Shown here piece after piece: positions 1 to 9,674 of a stretch of DNA of 19,967 bases; position 1 is the stretch's first letter, and every line of letters begins with the position of its first letter. The notes below the pieces were generated by a model. That model was given only the letters and a program-made list of their open reading frames with translations. It had not been told where the DNA came from and did no database searches. The stretch is from NCBI GenBank assembly GCA_963749495.1, contig CAVVMW010000003.1:1-19967 (forward strand). The letters run 5' to 3'. The position numbers were made by a program, and so were the translations under genes. Origin of the DNA: an uncultured bacterium. Lineage in GTDB: Bacteria > Verrucomicrobiota > Verrucomicrobiia > Limisphaerales > UBA8199.

Positions 1-596
1 GCGCTGCTGGTCACTGCCCTCGGGACCAACACGCCAGCCCGCCTCGCCGGCCTTGGTGAGGGTGACCTAATCCTGGAACTGAATCACCAGCCTGCAGACC
101 CGGCTACGGGGCTTTTATAGGACCATGACGAACGGGAGCGAACCTAGGGACGTTGCTGCCGGTGAAGACCTGGCACGATGGGCAAACAGTCGAGTGCCAA
201 GTGCCGGTGGGACGTGAGACGTATAATCTGCATGTCAGCTTTGGGGCCGACTATTTTTTCCGGCTTTGTGGCTCTGGCCTGACTCCGGTTTTTCACTGGC
301 AGTGTTGGGCTACGAGCCGGAATCCCTCGACAGCCGAATGGACCTCGCGTCCGCCAGGGAAAAGTTCCTCAAGAGCCTGTGACCAAAAGAACTACCGGGC
401 GGCAGAGGACGGCTGGAGTGCCTGGCTGGCAATCCTGCGGGTTGGAACCCAAAAGCCAATCCACTCCCAAGAAAAACATGAGCCCCTCAGTACCTCAACC
501 ACCGGTTGGCGCCCCTCCACGGTGACCCACTGGAGCGCCGCCGGGGCGATTGAGCCCGAGCTCAAGCGGCTACGGGTCAATAAATCCATGGAATAA
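1..596 (+). CDS. 3' part of a PDZ-domain-containing protein (partial, multiply frameshifted)
   Basis: Frame 1 from base 1 reads ALLVTALGTNTPARLAGLGEGDLILELNHQP, which is PDZ-like (PAxxAGLxxGDxIxxxN). Protein-like text continues across several frame switches (LRGFYRT; GTLLPVKTWHDGQTVECQVPVGRE; WPDSGFSLAVLGYEPE; WSAWLAILRV). The true stop is uncertain. Confidence 0.5.
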
Positions 597-1041
597 ATCG
601 CCGCACCCGTCGCTCGTAGCGCGCGTAATCCGAGAATTGCTGTCGCAGCCAAAGTTCTTCGTGCCGCGCCTTGGCGTCGAAGAACACCGCCAGTGCCAGC
701 GAAGCCGCCAGAGCCGGCCAGCTTGACCAGATCAGCGACCAGCCGATCGCTCCGCAAATGACTGCCGTGTAAAGCGGATGGCGTATCAAGCCGTAGATGC
801 CACGCTGAACCAATTGTGTGCTCCCCACAGGCTTGGGAAACGGCGTGAGATTCCGGCCCAGGGTTATGCCGCCGGCGATGCCGCAGACCGAGGAACCTGC
901 CAGAAAGACCAAACCGCAAACCAACAACGGAAGATGCTTCGACGGACCACGACAGGCGATACCCAGGACCGCAACTGCAAGCATGATCGTGGATTGTCCA
1001 AGAACCCACAATCCGCCGCGCTGGATGAAACTGCTACTCAT
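577..1041 (-). CDS. Isoprenylcysteine carboxylmethyltransferase/PEMT-family membrane methyltransferase
   Basis: C-terminal 154 aa of ORF 577..1698: hydrophobic helices, LGRNLTPFP, LVQRGIYGLIRHPLY, EELWLRQQFSDYARYERRVRRFIP. ATG at 1041; an in-frame ATG at 1140 is an alternative start. Confidence 0.88.
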   Translation of the reverse strand: MSSSFIQRGGLWVLGQSTIMLAVAVLGIACRGPSKHLPLLVCGLVFLAGSSVCGIAGGITLGRNLTPFPKPVGSTQLVQRGIYGLIRHPLYTAVICGAIGWSLIWSSWPALAASLALAVFFDAKARHEELWLRQQFSDYARYERRVRRFIPWIY

Positions 1042-1140
1042 TCGCGGTGAGCGGGCAGGAGCCGGGAATGCGCTGGCCAAAGCGGCCAAACGGGTCGCGA
1101 AGCCCCCACCGATCAATAGGCTGGCGAGCATCGCGATCAT
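1034..1140 (-). pseudogene. Degenerate relic of a DUF6132-like (GxCPLT) membrane peptide
   Basis: ATG at 1140 overlaps the RND stop (ATGA). It reads [14 protein letters not shown], then after one frame switch FGRFGQRIPGSCPLTANE*, resembling GGGLGFAYCKFVGCSTGTCPLTSH of 7247..7414. Confidence 0.5.
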
Positions 1141-4100
1141 ACGTGCGCCTGCAAGGCCTGCGGCGTCTCTGGCACCGGCGCAGTCTTCGGCCTGCGGCTG
1201 TAAGCCATAAAATAGAGCACGGGCACCGCCATGCGGCTGATCAACAGCGAGGCAATTTCTCCGGCCATCAGCGAGATGGCCAGGCCCTGGAAGATCGGGT
1301 CGGCCAGGATCACGCTGGCGCCGACCACCACGGCCAACGCCGTCAGCAACATCGGCCGGAACCGCACCGCCCCTGCGTCCACGACCGCTTCGTCCAGGGG
1401 CATGCCTTCGGCAAGACGTTGCTCGATGAAATCCACCAGGATGATCGAGTTGCGCACCACGATGCCCGCCCCGGCCATGAAGCCGATCATCGATGTCGCG
1501 GTGAAGAAGGCGCCCATCAGCCCGTGCGCGGGCAAGATGCCCACCAGCGAGAACGGGATGGCCGCCATGACGACCAGCGGCGTCAAGAAGGATCGAAACC
1601 AACCCACCATGAGGATGAAGATCAGCACCAGGACGGCGGCGAAGGCGGTGCCCAAATCGCGAAACACCTCGATGGTGATGTGCCATTCGCCGTCCCATTT
1701 GAGCGCCGGATTGTCTTCAGTAAACGGCTGGACAGCGCTGTAAATCTGGAGCGGCGCTCCGTTCCCGCCAAATTCACGGGTGTTCAGCGAGCGCAGCGCC
1801 TGGTTCATTTTCAGAATGGCATAGACCGGGCTTTCGACCACGCCGGCCACGTCGCCGATGACGTAGGTCACCGGCTTGAGGTTCTTGTGATAGATGTTCT
1901 TATCAACGGTGGTCGAGTTCGACCTTGACCAGTTCGCGCAACGGCACCAGCGGGGCGGAAGGGTTGGCGGCCGAGCGCACGCGCAAGGCGAGCAACTCCT
2001 CCGGGCTGGTCCGGCTCGCCCGCGGCAATTGCACCAGAATGTCGATGTCTTCCTTGTCGCGCGGCACGTGGAGCAGGTCCACCGCCTCGCCACCGACCGC
2101 AATGCGGAGGGTCTCGGAGATAGTCTCGGCGCTGATGCCGTGGAGGGCCGCCTTCTCTTTGTCGATGACGAACCGCGCCTTGGGCTGCTCGGCCTCGATA
2201 TACCAGTCGGTGTCCACCACGCCCGGCGTGTGGTGGAAGATGTCAATGACCTTGTGGGCCAGGGTCAGGCGGCTTTCCTCGTTGGGACCATAAACCTCCG
2301 CCACCAGGGTCTGGAGGACGGGCGGGCCGGGAGGCACTTCGGCGACCGCCACGCGGGCGCCGTATCTGGTCGCAATAGCGGCCACGCGCGGGCGCACGCG
2401 CTTGGCGATGTCGTGGCTCTGGGCCTTGCGCTCGCTTTTGGAGACCAGGTTGACCTGGAGGTCGGCCACGTGGGGGCCGCGGCGCATGAAATAGTGGCGC
2501 ACCAGGCCGTTGAAATTGAACGGGGCCGCAACCCCGGCGTAAATCTGGCAATCGGTCACTTCCGGCTCGACCCGCACCGCCGCGGCAATTTCGCGCGCCG
2601 CCTGGGCCGTCTGCTCCAGCGCGCTGCCCTCGGGCATGTTCAGAATGACCTGGAATTCGCTCTTGTTGTCAAAGGGCAACATCTTGACCTTGACCCAGCC
2701 CAGGCCCACCAGCGCCATGGCCACAAGGAGCAGCCCTACAATGATGGCCAGAAAGGCATAGCGCCAAGGCCGGCGCTGGATGAGCGGAGCCATGAACCGG
2801 CGATAAACCCGGGTGAAAAAGTCCTCCGGGTGCGCGGAATGAGGCGCCAGACCGGGAGCGCCGGCATCCCCACCGGCGATTTCTGTCGTTTTCGCAGGCC
2901 TCGGCGAGGATGCCGGCGCTCCCAGTCCGTCGCTGCGGGTAAGCGAGGAGTATTTCCGGCCCCAGCGCAACACGCGAATGGAGGCCCAGGGCGTGACGAT
3001 GAAGGCAATGGCGAGGGAAAAGAGCATGGCAGCGCCGGAACCGGTCGGGATGGGCCGCATGTAAGGCCCCATGAGCCCGCCGACAAACGCCATCGGCAGC
3101 ACCGCGGCAATGACGGCGAACGTGGCCAGAATGGTGGGGTTGCCCACCTCGTTCACGGCCTCGACCGCAATCTCCGACCAACTCCGGCCCTGGTTCTGCG
3201 GTAGGTGGAAGTGCCGCACGATGTTCTCGACCACCACAATCGCATCGTCCACCAGGATGCCGATCGAGAAGATGAGCGCAAAGAGCGTGATCCGGTTCAG
3301 GGTGTAGCCGTAGAGGTAGAAGACCAGGAGGGTCAAAGCCAGCGTCGCCGGGATGGCGATAGCCACGATGACCGACTCGCGCCAACCCAGTGTGAGCAAA
3401 ATGAGAATAGAGACGCCGAGCACCGCCAGGCCCATGTGGAAGAGCAGTTCGTTAGACTTTTCCAGGGCCGTCTCTCCGTAGTTGCGGGTGACGGTCACCT
3501 GGATGTCGGCCGGGATTATCCGCCCCTTGAGGGTCTCGACCCTCCCCATGACCCGGTCGGCGACCGCAATGGCATTGGCCCCGGGGCGCTTGGCGAGGCT
3601 CAAGGTGACGGCGGGTTGTTCGTCGGCCGCAGCCGAACGGGCGGCGCCGGACTCGAAAAAGACATATTGGGAAGGCTCCTTTGCCCCATCCCGGATGTCG
3701 GCCACCTCGCGCAGATAAACGGGCCGGCCGCCGAAGACACCCACGACGACGTTGCCCACTTCCTGGGCGTTGGCCAGGAACCCGCCGGTCTCGACGATGA
3801 CCTCCCGGTTGTTCCGGGTCAAGCCGCCCGCCACGAGCTGTCGATTGGCCTGGGTGAGCATTGGGATGATTTCGGCGGCGCTCAGGTCCCGCGAGGCCAG
3901 CCGCGCGGGGTCCAGCAGCACACGCACCTGGCGCCGGGCGCCGCCGATGAGCGTCGTCTCGGCCACCTGCGGCACCTGCTTGAGCGCATCGTCCACCTGG
4001 GCCACGAGCCGGCGCAATGTGAGATGGTCGTAATGTGGACTGTGAAAGGTCAGCGCCAGGATCGGCACGTCATCAATCGAGCGGTGCTTGATCAGCGGGT

Positions 4101-4518
4101 AGGAAACGCCCTTGGGGATGCGGTCGAAATTGGCCTGGAGCTTCTGGTTGAGCTTCACCAGGCTGCGCTCGACATCTTCGCCGACCTTGAACCGCACGAT
4201 GGCCAGGCTCTCGCCGGGACGTGAGGTGGAATAGATGTACTCGACGCCGGGAATTTCCCAGAGCAGCTTCTCCATCGGCCGGGTGGCGCGCTCCTCGACC
4301 TCCTTGGCGCTGAAGCCGGGCATCGAGACCAGAACGTCGATCATCGGGACCTTGATCTGGGGCTCTTCCTCGCGCGGCAGCAGGACCACGGCCGCCGCGC
4401 CCAGCAGCACCGAGGTGACGATGATGAGCGGCGTCAGCTTCGAGTCGATAAACGCCCGGGCGATGCGGCCGGCGAAACCGAGACCGGCGCCGCGGGATGG
4501 GTTGGGAGAGCGGTTCAT
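1137..4518 (-). CDS. RND efflux permease (AcrB/AcrD/AcrF family), about 1126 aa, one +1 frameshift near 1917
   Basis: ORF 1903..4518 ([30 protein letters not shown]) joins the C-terminus of ORF 1137..2246 ([23 protein letters not shown]). Span is 3n+1. Confidence 0.93.
2850..2927. repeat. REP-like palindrome inside the RND permease coding sequence
   Basis: Perfect 16-bp inverted repeat GGGAGCGCCGGCATCC (2854-2869) / GGATGCCGGCGCTCCC (2908-2923), extendable outward with one mismatch. Confidence 0.8.
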
Positions 4519-4540
4519 GGGAGAAGTGCGAAACCCGAAT

Positions 4541-5572
4541 TCACTTTACCTCGACCGGCTGTCCGTCCACCAGTTGCGCGGCGCCATCGACGATGACGGC
4601 ATCGCCGGCGTCGAGACCGGAGAGGATCTCGACCTCGTTGCCGAGGCGTTTTCCAGTCTTCACCAGGTGCAACTGCGCGCGCTGGTTGGCGGCGACGAAG
4701 GCAATCTCCAATTGGCCCCGCTGGACCACGGCGGACGCCGGCACACGCAAGGAACTGCTCTCGCCCACCGGCACCACCAACCGCGCGAACTGGCCCGGCA
4801 TCAACCCCGGCGACTCCGGCAAGTCCAGCTTCACCCGAAGGGTGCGGTTGAGCGGATCGGCCGCCGGCGCGATTTCGGCGACGACGCCCGAGAGTTCGTT
4901 GGTGAGCGAGTTGACGCGAATGCCCAGGCGGGCGTCGCGCCGAATGCTCGAGGCGATCGCTTCCGGCACGTCGGCCTCGACTTGCAACGCGGACGTGTCC
5001 TCGATGCCCACCAGCGGTTTGCCCGGCGCTGCCAGGTTGCCCACCTCAGCCCACTTCTTCATCACCACCCCATCGAAAGGCGCCCGGACCTCTACGTAAC
5101 CCAGCATCGCCTGGGCCTCGGCGACAGCGGCCTTGGCCAGCCGGTAGCGCGCATCAGCGGCATCGTAATCGGCGCGGGTGACCGCCTGCTGCTGGAGGAG
5201 CGAGGAGCTCCGTTTCCAGTCCCGATCGGCTTGATCGAGGCCGGCTTGGGCCTGCTCCAGTCGGGCCTGGATTTCCGGCGCATCCAGCCGGGCAATCAGG
5301 TCGCCGGCCCTGACGCTTTGGCCCAGGACCAGCGGCAGCTTTTCGATCCGGCCGCTCACCTTGGCTTCGAGCGTGGCCCGCAGTTTGGCACGCACGGTCC
5401 CCACCACCTCTTCGGTGGCCGTCTGCTTCTTGCTCTCGGCGGTCTGGACGTGCACCGGCACGGCGGGCAGACCACGCGTGGCAGCGGCGCCGGCCTCCGG
5501 CTGCTTGTGCCCGCAGCCGGCCACCAGAGCGCAGAGGGCCAAACCTGCTACGATCGAATCATGTGTCTTCAT
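4541..5572 (-). CDS. RND periplasmic adaptor (membrane fusion protein), lipoprotein, 343 aa
   Basis: [20 protein letters not shown] lipobox; [41 protein letters not shown] at 5572 overlaps the TolC stop (ATGA). Confidence 0.92.
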   Translation of the reverse strand: MKTHDSIVAGLALCALVAGCGHKQPEAGAAATRGLPAVPVHVQTAESKKQTATEEVVGTVRAKLRATLEAKVSGRIEKLPLVLGQSVRAGDLIARLDAPEIQARLEQAQAGLDQADRDWKRSSSLLQQQAVTRADYDAADARYRLAKAAVAEAQAMLGYVEVRAPFDGVVMKKWAEVGNLAAPGKPLVGIEDTSALQVEADVPEAIASSIRRDARLGIRVNSLTNELSGVVAEIAPAADPLNRTLRVKLDLPESPGLMPGQFARLVVPVGESSSLRVPASAVVQRGQLEIAFVAANQRAQLHLVKTGKRLGNEVEILSGLDAGDAVIVDGAAQLVDGQPVEVK

Positions 5573-6896
5573 TTGCTTTGAAAACTGGCTTGGGAATCCA
5601 GTTGAGGCAGGGCCAGGGCTTTGCGCAGGGCGGCCACGGCAATGCGCTGGTCGGCCTCGGCCTCGGCGCGGCGCACCCGGGCAGCGACCAGCGCGGTCTC
5701 GGCGTCCATCAACTGCGTTGCCAGCGCCAGGCCCTGCTCGAAACGGCCCCGGGTGAGGTCCGCGCTCTCCGCGGCCTGCGCGACGACTTGCTCTGTGACG
5801 GCCAGGCGCTCGCTTGCGGCTTTGAGTTCCAGCCGCGCCTGCTCGACTTCCAGATCCAGCGCCAGGCGCAGCTTGCGCTCTTCCTCGCGCGCAGACTCCA
5901 GGTTTGCTTCCGCCTCCCGGACTTTGGCCCGCGTGAGCCTGCCGTCCCAAATGTCCCACTGCGCCAGGGCGCCGGCGGTGTAGCTCTTGCCGTCGCTGTT
6001 GTATCTTGTCCCGTAATCGTAATCCACGCTGCCAAAGGCGCTCACGCGCGGGAGATAGCCGCTTTTGGCGCTGCGCACCTGCTCCTGGGCGGCGCGCTCG
6101 CGCTGGCGGGCTGCGGCCAGCTCGGCCCTCGTCGAGAAATCCGCGGACTCTGGCGCCCTGGCGACCGGTGCGGTGTCGGCCACCGCGAACTCGCCTCCCT
6201 CGATGCCCAGGAGGTTGCGCAAGGCCCGCTCGGCCAGGGCGTTGGAATTCCGGGCGCGGACCAGGTCCTCGCGCGCCTGGGCCAGGCGGACTTCAATGTC
6301 CAGCACATCGGCCTTGAGCAGGGTGCCGCCCTCCAGGCGCTTGCGGGCGATGGCGGCGTTCTTCTCGAAGGAACTGACCGCCGCCTCGGCAGCGCGGATG
6401 AATTGGCGCGCCTTGAGAATCGTGTAAAAGGCGCGGGAGACCTCGAAACCCAGGGCGTTGCGCACCGCCTCGCGGTCCTGGCGCGTCGGCCTCGGTGTTG
6501 GCCTTGGCGGCGGCCCGGCCGGCTTTCATCCGCCCGCCGGCGTAGAGCGGCACGGTGACCAGGCCCTTGGCATTCAGGTCGTCAAGGTCGGGCACGTCGT
6601 TGAAGTTCAAGCCGCGGGGAGTAGGCGCGCTGGTTGAGGATGCTGCCGAAGACCATCATCGGGTTGTCGGTGCGGGTGTAGCTGGACTGAACCTGCAGGC
6701 GTGGCCAGAAGGCGGCGTTGGCCTGCTCCAGGCCGGCCTGGGCGGCGATGATGCGTTGCTGGGCCAGGCGCGCGTCCGGGTTGGCTGCCAGCGCCTGATC
6801 CAGGGCGCGCTCGAGCGTCCAGGGCTCGGCCCCGAATACCGCGCTACTTGCGAGCATCTGACCGCAAACGAGGAGGGGAATCCATCTGTGTTTCAT
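5569..6896 (-). CDS. TolC-family outer membrane efflux protein, two +1 frameshifts (near 6614 and 6486)
   Basis: Signal peptide plus WTLERALDQALAANPD (ORF 6582..6896), VTVPLYAGG (ORF 6293..6610), and AKSGYLPRVS / WDIWDG / RFEQGLA (ORF 5569..6465) join into one protein of about 441 aa. Confidence 0.9.
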
Positions 6897-6977
6897 AAAG
6901 GTTTCCGGCCCAACGGGCCGGCAGAATCCAGCCCAGGGCTGAGGCCGCGTTCAGAACCCGACATTTCCCCTGTGTCT

Positions 6978-7226
6978 CTACTGCTCGCCGGTCTGCCTGG
7001 CGCAGCAGGATTTGGGGGCGGTTTCGGCTGCGCAACAGCTTCCGCCTACGCCCACTCTTCGCAGGATGATCTCCAGCGGGCAGAAGTGCGTGAAGGAGGA
7101 TTGCAGCAAATTGAATCCCACTAAAGCGGTGAACCAAAGCCAATAAGGGCTGTGATAGTGCGCCAGCACCAGGCTGAGCAGCACGAAACTCCCGGCGAAT
7201 CTGCGAATGATCATTTCCATGAGCAT
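6978..7226 (-). CDS. DUF2892 / YgaP-like membrane protein with a Cys-Cys-rich tail
   Basis: IIRRFAGSFVLLSLVL...YWLWFTALVGFNLLQSSFTHFCPLEIILRRVG is typical of DUF2892. Tail reads SCCAAETAPKSCC. Confidence 0.88.
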   Translation of the reverse strand: MLMEMIIRRFAGSFVLLSLVLAHYHSPYWLWFTALVGFNLLQSSFTHFCPLEIILRRVGVGGSCCAAETAPKSCCARQTGEQ

Positions 7227-7246
7227 GCGTGGTTTTTGAATTGGGT

Positions 7247-7414
7247 TTAGTTGAAACTGGTCGCCACCAGGGCCCCGACCACCGCCCCATAGAGCGAGCT
7301 GATCACGGGATGGCTGGTCAAGGGACAGGTGCCGGTCGAACAACCAACGAACTTGCAGTAGGCGAAACCCAGCCCGCCGCCGACCACCGCACCGATGACA
7401 ATGCGCAGAATCAT
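7247..7414 (-). CDS. DUF6132-like small membrane protein (CxxGxCP motif), 55 aa
   Basis: MILRIVIGAVVGGGLGFAYCKFVGCSTGTCPLTSHPVISSLYGAVVGAL; AGGAG RBS just upstream of ATG 7414. Confidence 0.85.
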   Translation of the reverse strand: MILRIVIGAVVGGGLGFAYCKFVGCSTGTCPLTSHPVISSLYGAVVGALVATSFN

Positions 7415-7452
7415 GGCTCTTCTCCTGGTCATGATGTTATCGCTAACAGGAC

Positions 7453-7478
7453 TGAGACCCGAGGGGCGGAAAAGTTAC
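7453..7478 (-). promoter_or_regulatory. Putative ECF sigma promoter GTAAC-N17-CTCA of the left RND operon
   Basis: Minus strand reads GTAACTTTTCCGCCCCTCGGGTCTCA, ending 38 nt before ATG 7414. Same motif and spacing as 9955-9980. Confidence 0.6.
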
Positions 7479-7520
7479 AAGGAAAAGACCGCCACGGCCC
7501 ACCCACGGACGGGTTAATAC

Positions 7521-7562
7521 CGTTCATTAGAATGTAATATATCTATGGGTTGCCGTTCATCA
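7521..7562 (-). promoter_or_regulatory. Two TNATGAACG motifs, 33 bp apart
   Basis: TAATGAACG at 7521-7529 and TGATGAACG at 7554-7562 (minus strand). The same 9-mers occur upstream of the response regulator. Confidence 0.4.
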
Positions 7563-7623
7563 GACTTATTATATTCGGCCTGATGGAAAATGCAACCGAT
7601 GCGCCGCGCTCGGTAGCCATCCG

Positions 7624-7661
7624 GTGGTCTGCCGGAGACCATCGATGGCATGAAATGTTCC
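7624..7661 (+). promoter_or_regulatory. Putative enhancer (UAS) for a sigma54 activator, tandem TGG-N11-CC(A/T)
   Basis: GTGGTCTGCCGGAGACCATCGATGGCATGAAATGTTCC is 29/38 identical to 10866-10903 (minus strand) and lies 76 nt upstream of the -24 GG. Confidence 0.6.
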
Positions 7662-7735
7662 TTCCCAACGAGGTTTGTTTAAGGTCGCCCTGCGGCATAA
7701 GCCTTTAGACCAGCCGATTCATCGTGTTTCCGGGG

Positions 7736-7752
7736 TTGGCACGGAAACAGCT
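7736..7752 (+). promoter_or_regulatory. Sigma54 (-24/-12) promoter of lipoprotein 1
   Basis: TTGGCACGGAAACAGCT: GG(7738-39)-N10-GC(7750-51). Confidence 0.7.
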
Positions 7753-7857
7753 TGAAGATGGATTGCCGGCAAAGCGCAGGATTTGCGCTGGAGGTTGCAC
7801 CCGGCGCGCATTGCCGGCGGGAGAAAATGAACCCGCGTAGCCAAGCCGAATATCGTT

Positions 7858-8368
7858 ATGAAAATCAAAATGAATTATCTGTGGTTGGGGGTTATCCCAT
7901 TGTTGGCATCCTGTGCTTCGCAGCCTATCGCCCTGGCCCCTGTGGGGCCACGTCCTGTGGCAGGGGAAGAGCTACTCGCCCCATCCGGCAACGGCCAGTT
8001 GCAGGTCTTTACCGAGACCGACGAGACCGAATATGACCGCGATGTCCCATACTATCCGCACCGGGATTACCAGATTTACACGGCGCAGGGAAAGCGCTTG
8101 AGGCGGGTCTGGAACTCCCAGGACCGTGAGGACGAGACTCCAGCCGTGGTCACGTTGCCGGCCTGGCAATTACGTGATCAAAGCGGATGCCGAATTCTAC
8201 GGGCCGGTTACCGTGCCGGTGGTGATCCGGCCGAACCAGACCACTCGGGTCATTTTGCAGCCAGGCTGGAAACCGGGCAACACGGTCGCCAGCGCCGATC
8301 TCGTGCAGACTCCGGGTTCACGCGGCTATCCCGTGGGCTGGAGGGCCGAGTTGCCGCCGCGAAAATGA
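7858..8368 (+). CDS. Uncharacterised lipoprotein 1 (paralog of 10195..10737), +1 frameshift near 8161
   Basis: Lipobox LLASC. The N-terminal part of ORF 7858..8688 up to VVTLP joins PGNYVIKA...GWRAELPPRK of ORF 8126..8368. It aligns end to end with the intact paralog. Confidence 0.8.
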
Positions 8369-8381
8369 ACGTCCAGTTCCC

Positions 8382-8693
8382 GTGCGCACCATCCTTGGCA
8401 CTCCGGCCGACTCGCGTTACTCGGCCCGAAATACGGCCAAGTCGGTCAATTCCTACTGCTTGGCGCCGCAGGCGAAATCCGTCTCCCTGGTTGGCGATTT
8501 CAATCACTGGAATCCCACGTCGCACCCGATGGAGCAGCGTGTGGACGGCTGGTGGTTTCTCCAAGTGCCCTTGTCGCATGGTCACCACCAGTACCGGTTC
8601 CTGGTCGATGGCAAACCAGTGTTGGACCCGCGCGCCACAGGGGTTGCTCTCAATGAGCTTCAGGAAGAGGTTTCACTGCTGGCTGTGAGTTGA
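8382..8693 (+). CDS. Stand-alone glycogen-binding domain protein (CBM48 / AMPK-beta-like early-set domain)
   Basis: APQAKSVSLVGDFNHWNP...M...DGWW...LSHGHHQYRFLVDGK...DP. Start uncertain: GTG 8382, or ATG 8365 with an indel. Confidence 0.85.
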   Translation: MRTILGTPADSRYSARNTAKSVNSYCLAPQAKSVSLVGDFNHWNPTSHPMEQRVDGWWFLQVPLSHGHHQYRFLVDGKPVLDPRATGVALNELQEEVSLLAVS

Positions 8694-9037
8694 GCGCAGG
8701 GGCGGCACAGCGATTGAGGCGGGACATTCCGCCATCACTGTTGGACCGGCTTGCCGGCCCTGGTCCAAGCCCTAAAACCGCCTGGGAGATTATAGAGCCT
8801 GGATTCATCATAACTGACCGTGGACTCATACCGAGCGCTGTTTTGTATAAACAGCTACCCCACCTTGGCTTGATAAGCAACCGGTTGTCCGCTAAACCAG
8901 GCCCTGGGAATCAACACTTGCGAGCCGAGGATTCGATTGGCGCACAAGGCGGAGGAATTCACGTAAGCCGCGGTGCCACCCGCAAAATCCGCCGGCCGGT
9001 TGGGCACTGCCGCCACGCCTTCGGAAAGAGCTACAAA

Positions 9038-9674
9038 TCATGCGTGCTCCTTTTGCCCGGAGGCGAGAAAAGCCCCGTAGGCGCGCATTTGGCCGGTAGA
9101 GGCTCGGTTTGACCAGAGAATGGGCGTCCTGGACAGACACCCAGCCGAATCCTGCCCCTGACAGCCATTCAGCGATTTGACGCCGTTCAAATCCGTGATG
9201 GAAGACATCCTCGGACTGACCGTGGAAAGTGCCGTCTTCTGTATCCAGGTCCGCAACCGCCAACCATCCTCCTGGTTTGAGGAGAGCCGCAAGTCGGCCG
9301 AGGACCAATGGAACATCGCGGACATGGTGCAGGGTCATCGAGCTGACGGCCAGGTCAAACCGTGCCTCCGGGGAAGGGTGAACCTCCAGATCCCAGAGAC
9401 GGGTTTCGACATTGCGGATCCCGGCGGCGCGGAGTTTCTCGTCGAGTTTCTCAAGCATGCCCGCCGAGGAGTCCAAGGCGACCATGGAGGCAACGCGGGG
9501 CTGGAGGTTCAATGTCAGCAACCCGGTTCCGGCGCCGTAATCGAGCACGCGCCAATCGGGCTGAAGCGGCACGGCCCGAACGATTGCCGCGCCAACCGCC
9601 CGCGCCAGGTCCACTCGCGCCGGATTGTTGTCCCATTGCCCGGCCGCTTCATCAAAACGCGAGGTGGTTTTCAC
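9038..9674 (-). CDS. Class I SAM-dependent methyltransferase, about 211 aa, +1 frameshift near 9101
   Basis: FDEAAGQWD, VLDYGAGTG, ALDSSAGML, FDLAVSSMTLHH, LKPGG, DLDTEDGTFH...HHGF. GTG 9674 overlaps the anti-sigma stop (GTGA), with a GGAGG RBS. The C-terminus YGAFLASGQK lies in ORF 9038..9325. Confidence 0.88.

Noticed and set aside
7858..8688. A single 276-aa protein, or a lipoprotein-CBM48 fusion
   Set aside because: Similarity to the paralog continues in another frame and ends at 8368, and the CBM48 is in a different frame from the 276-aa ORF.
8837..8855. LexA SOS box (CTGT-N8-ACAG)
   Set aside because: The spacer is 9 nt and the site lies between convergent gene ends.
9038..9674. Arsenite methyltransferase ArsM
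   Set aside because: The reconstructed protein has no cysteines, which ArsM requires.
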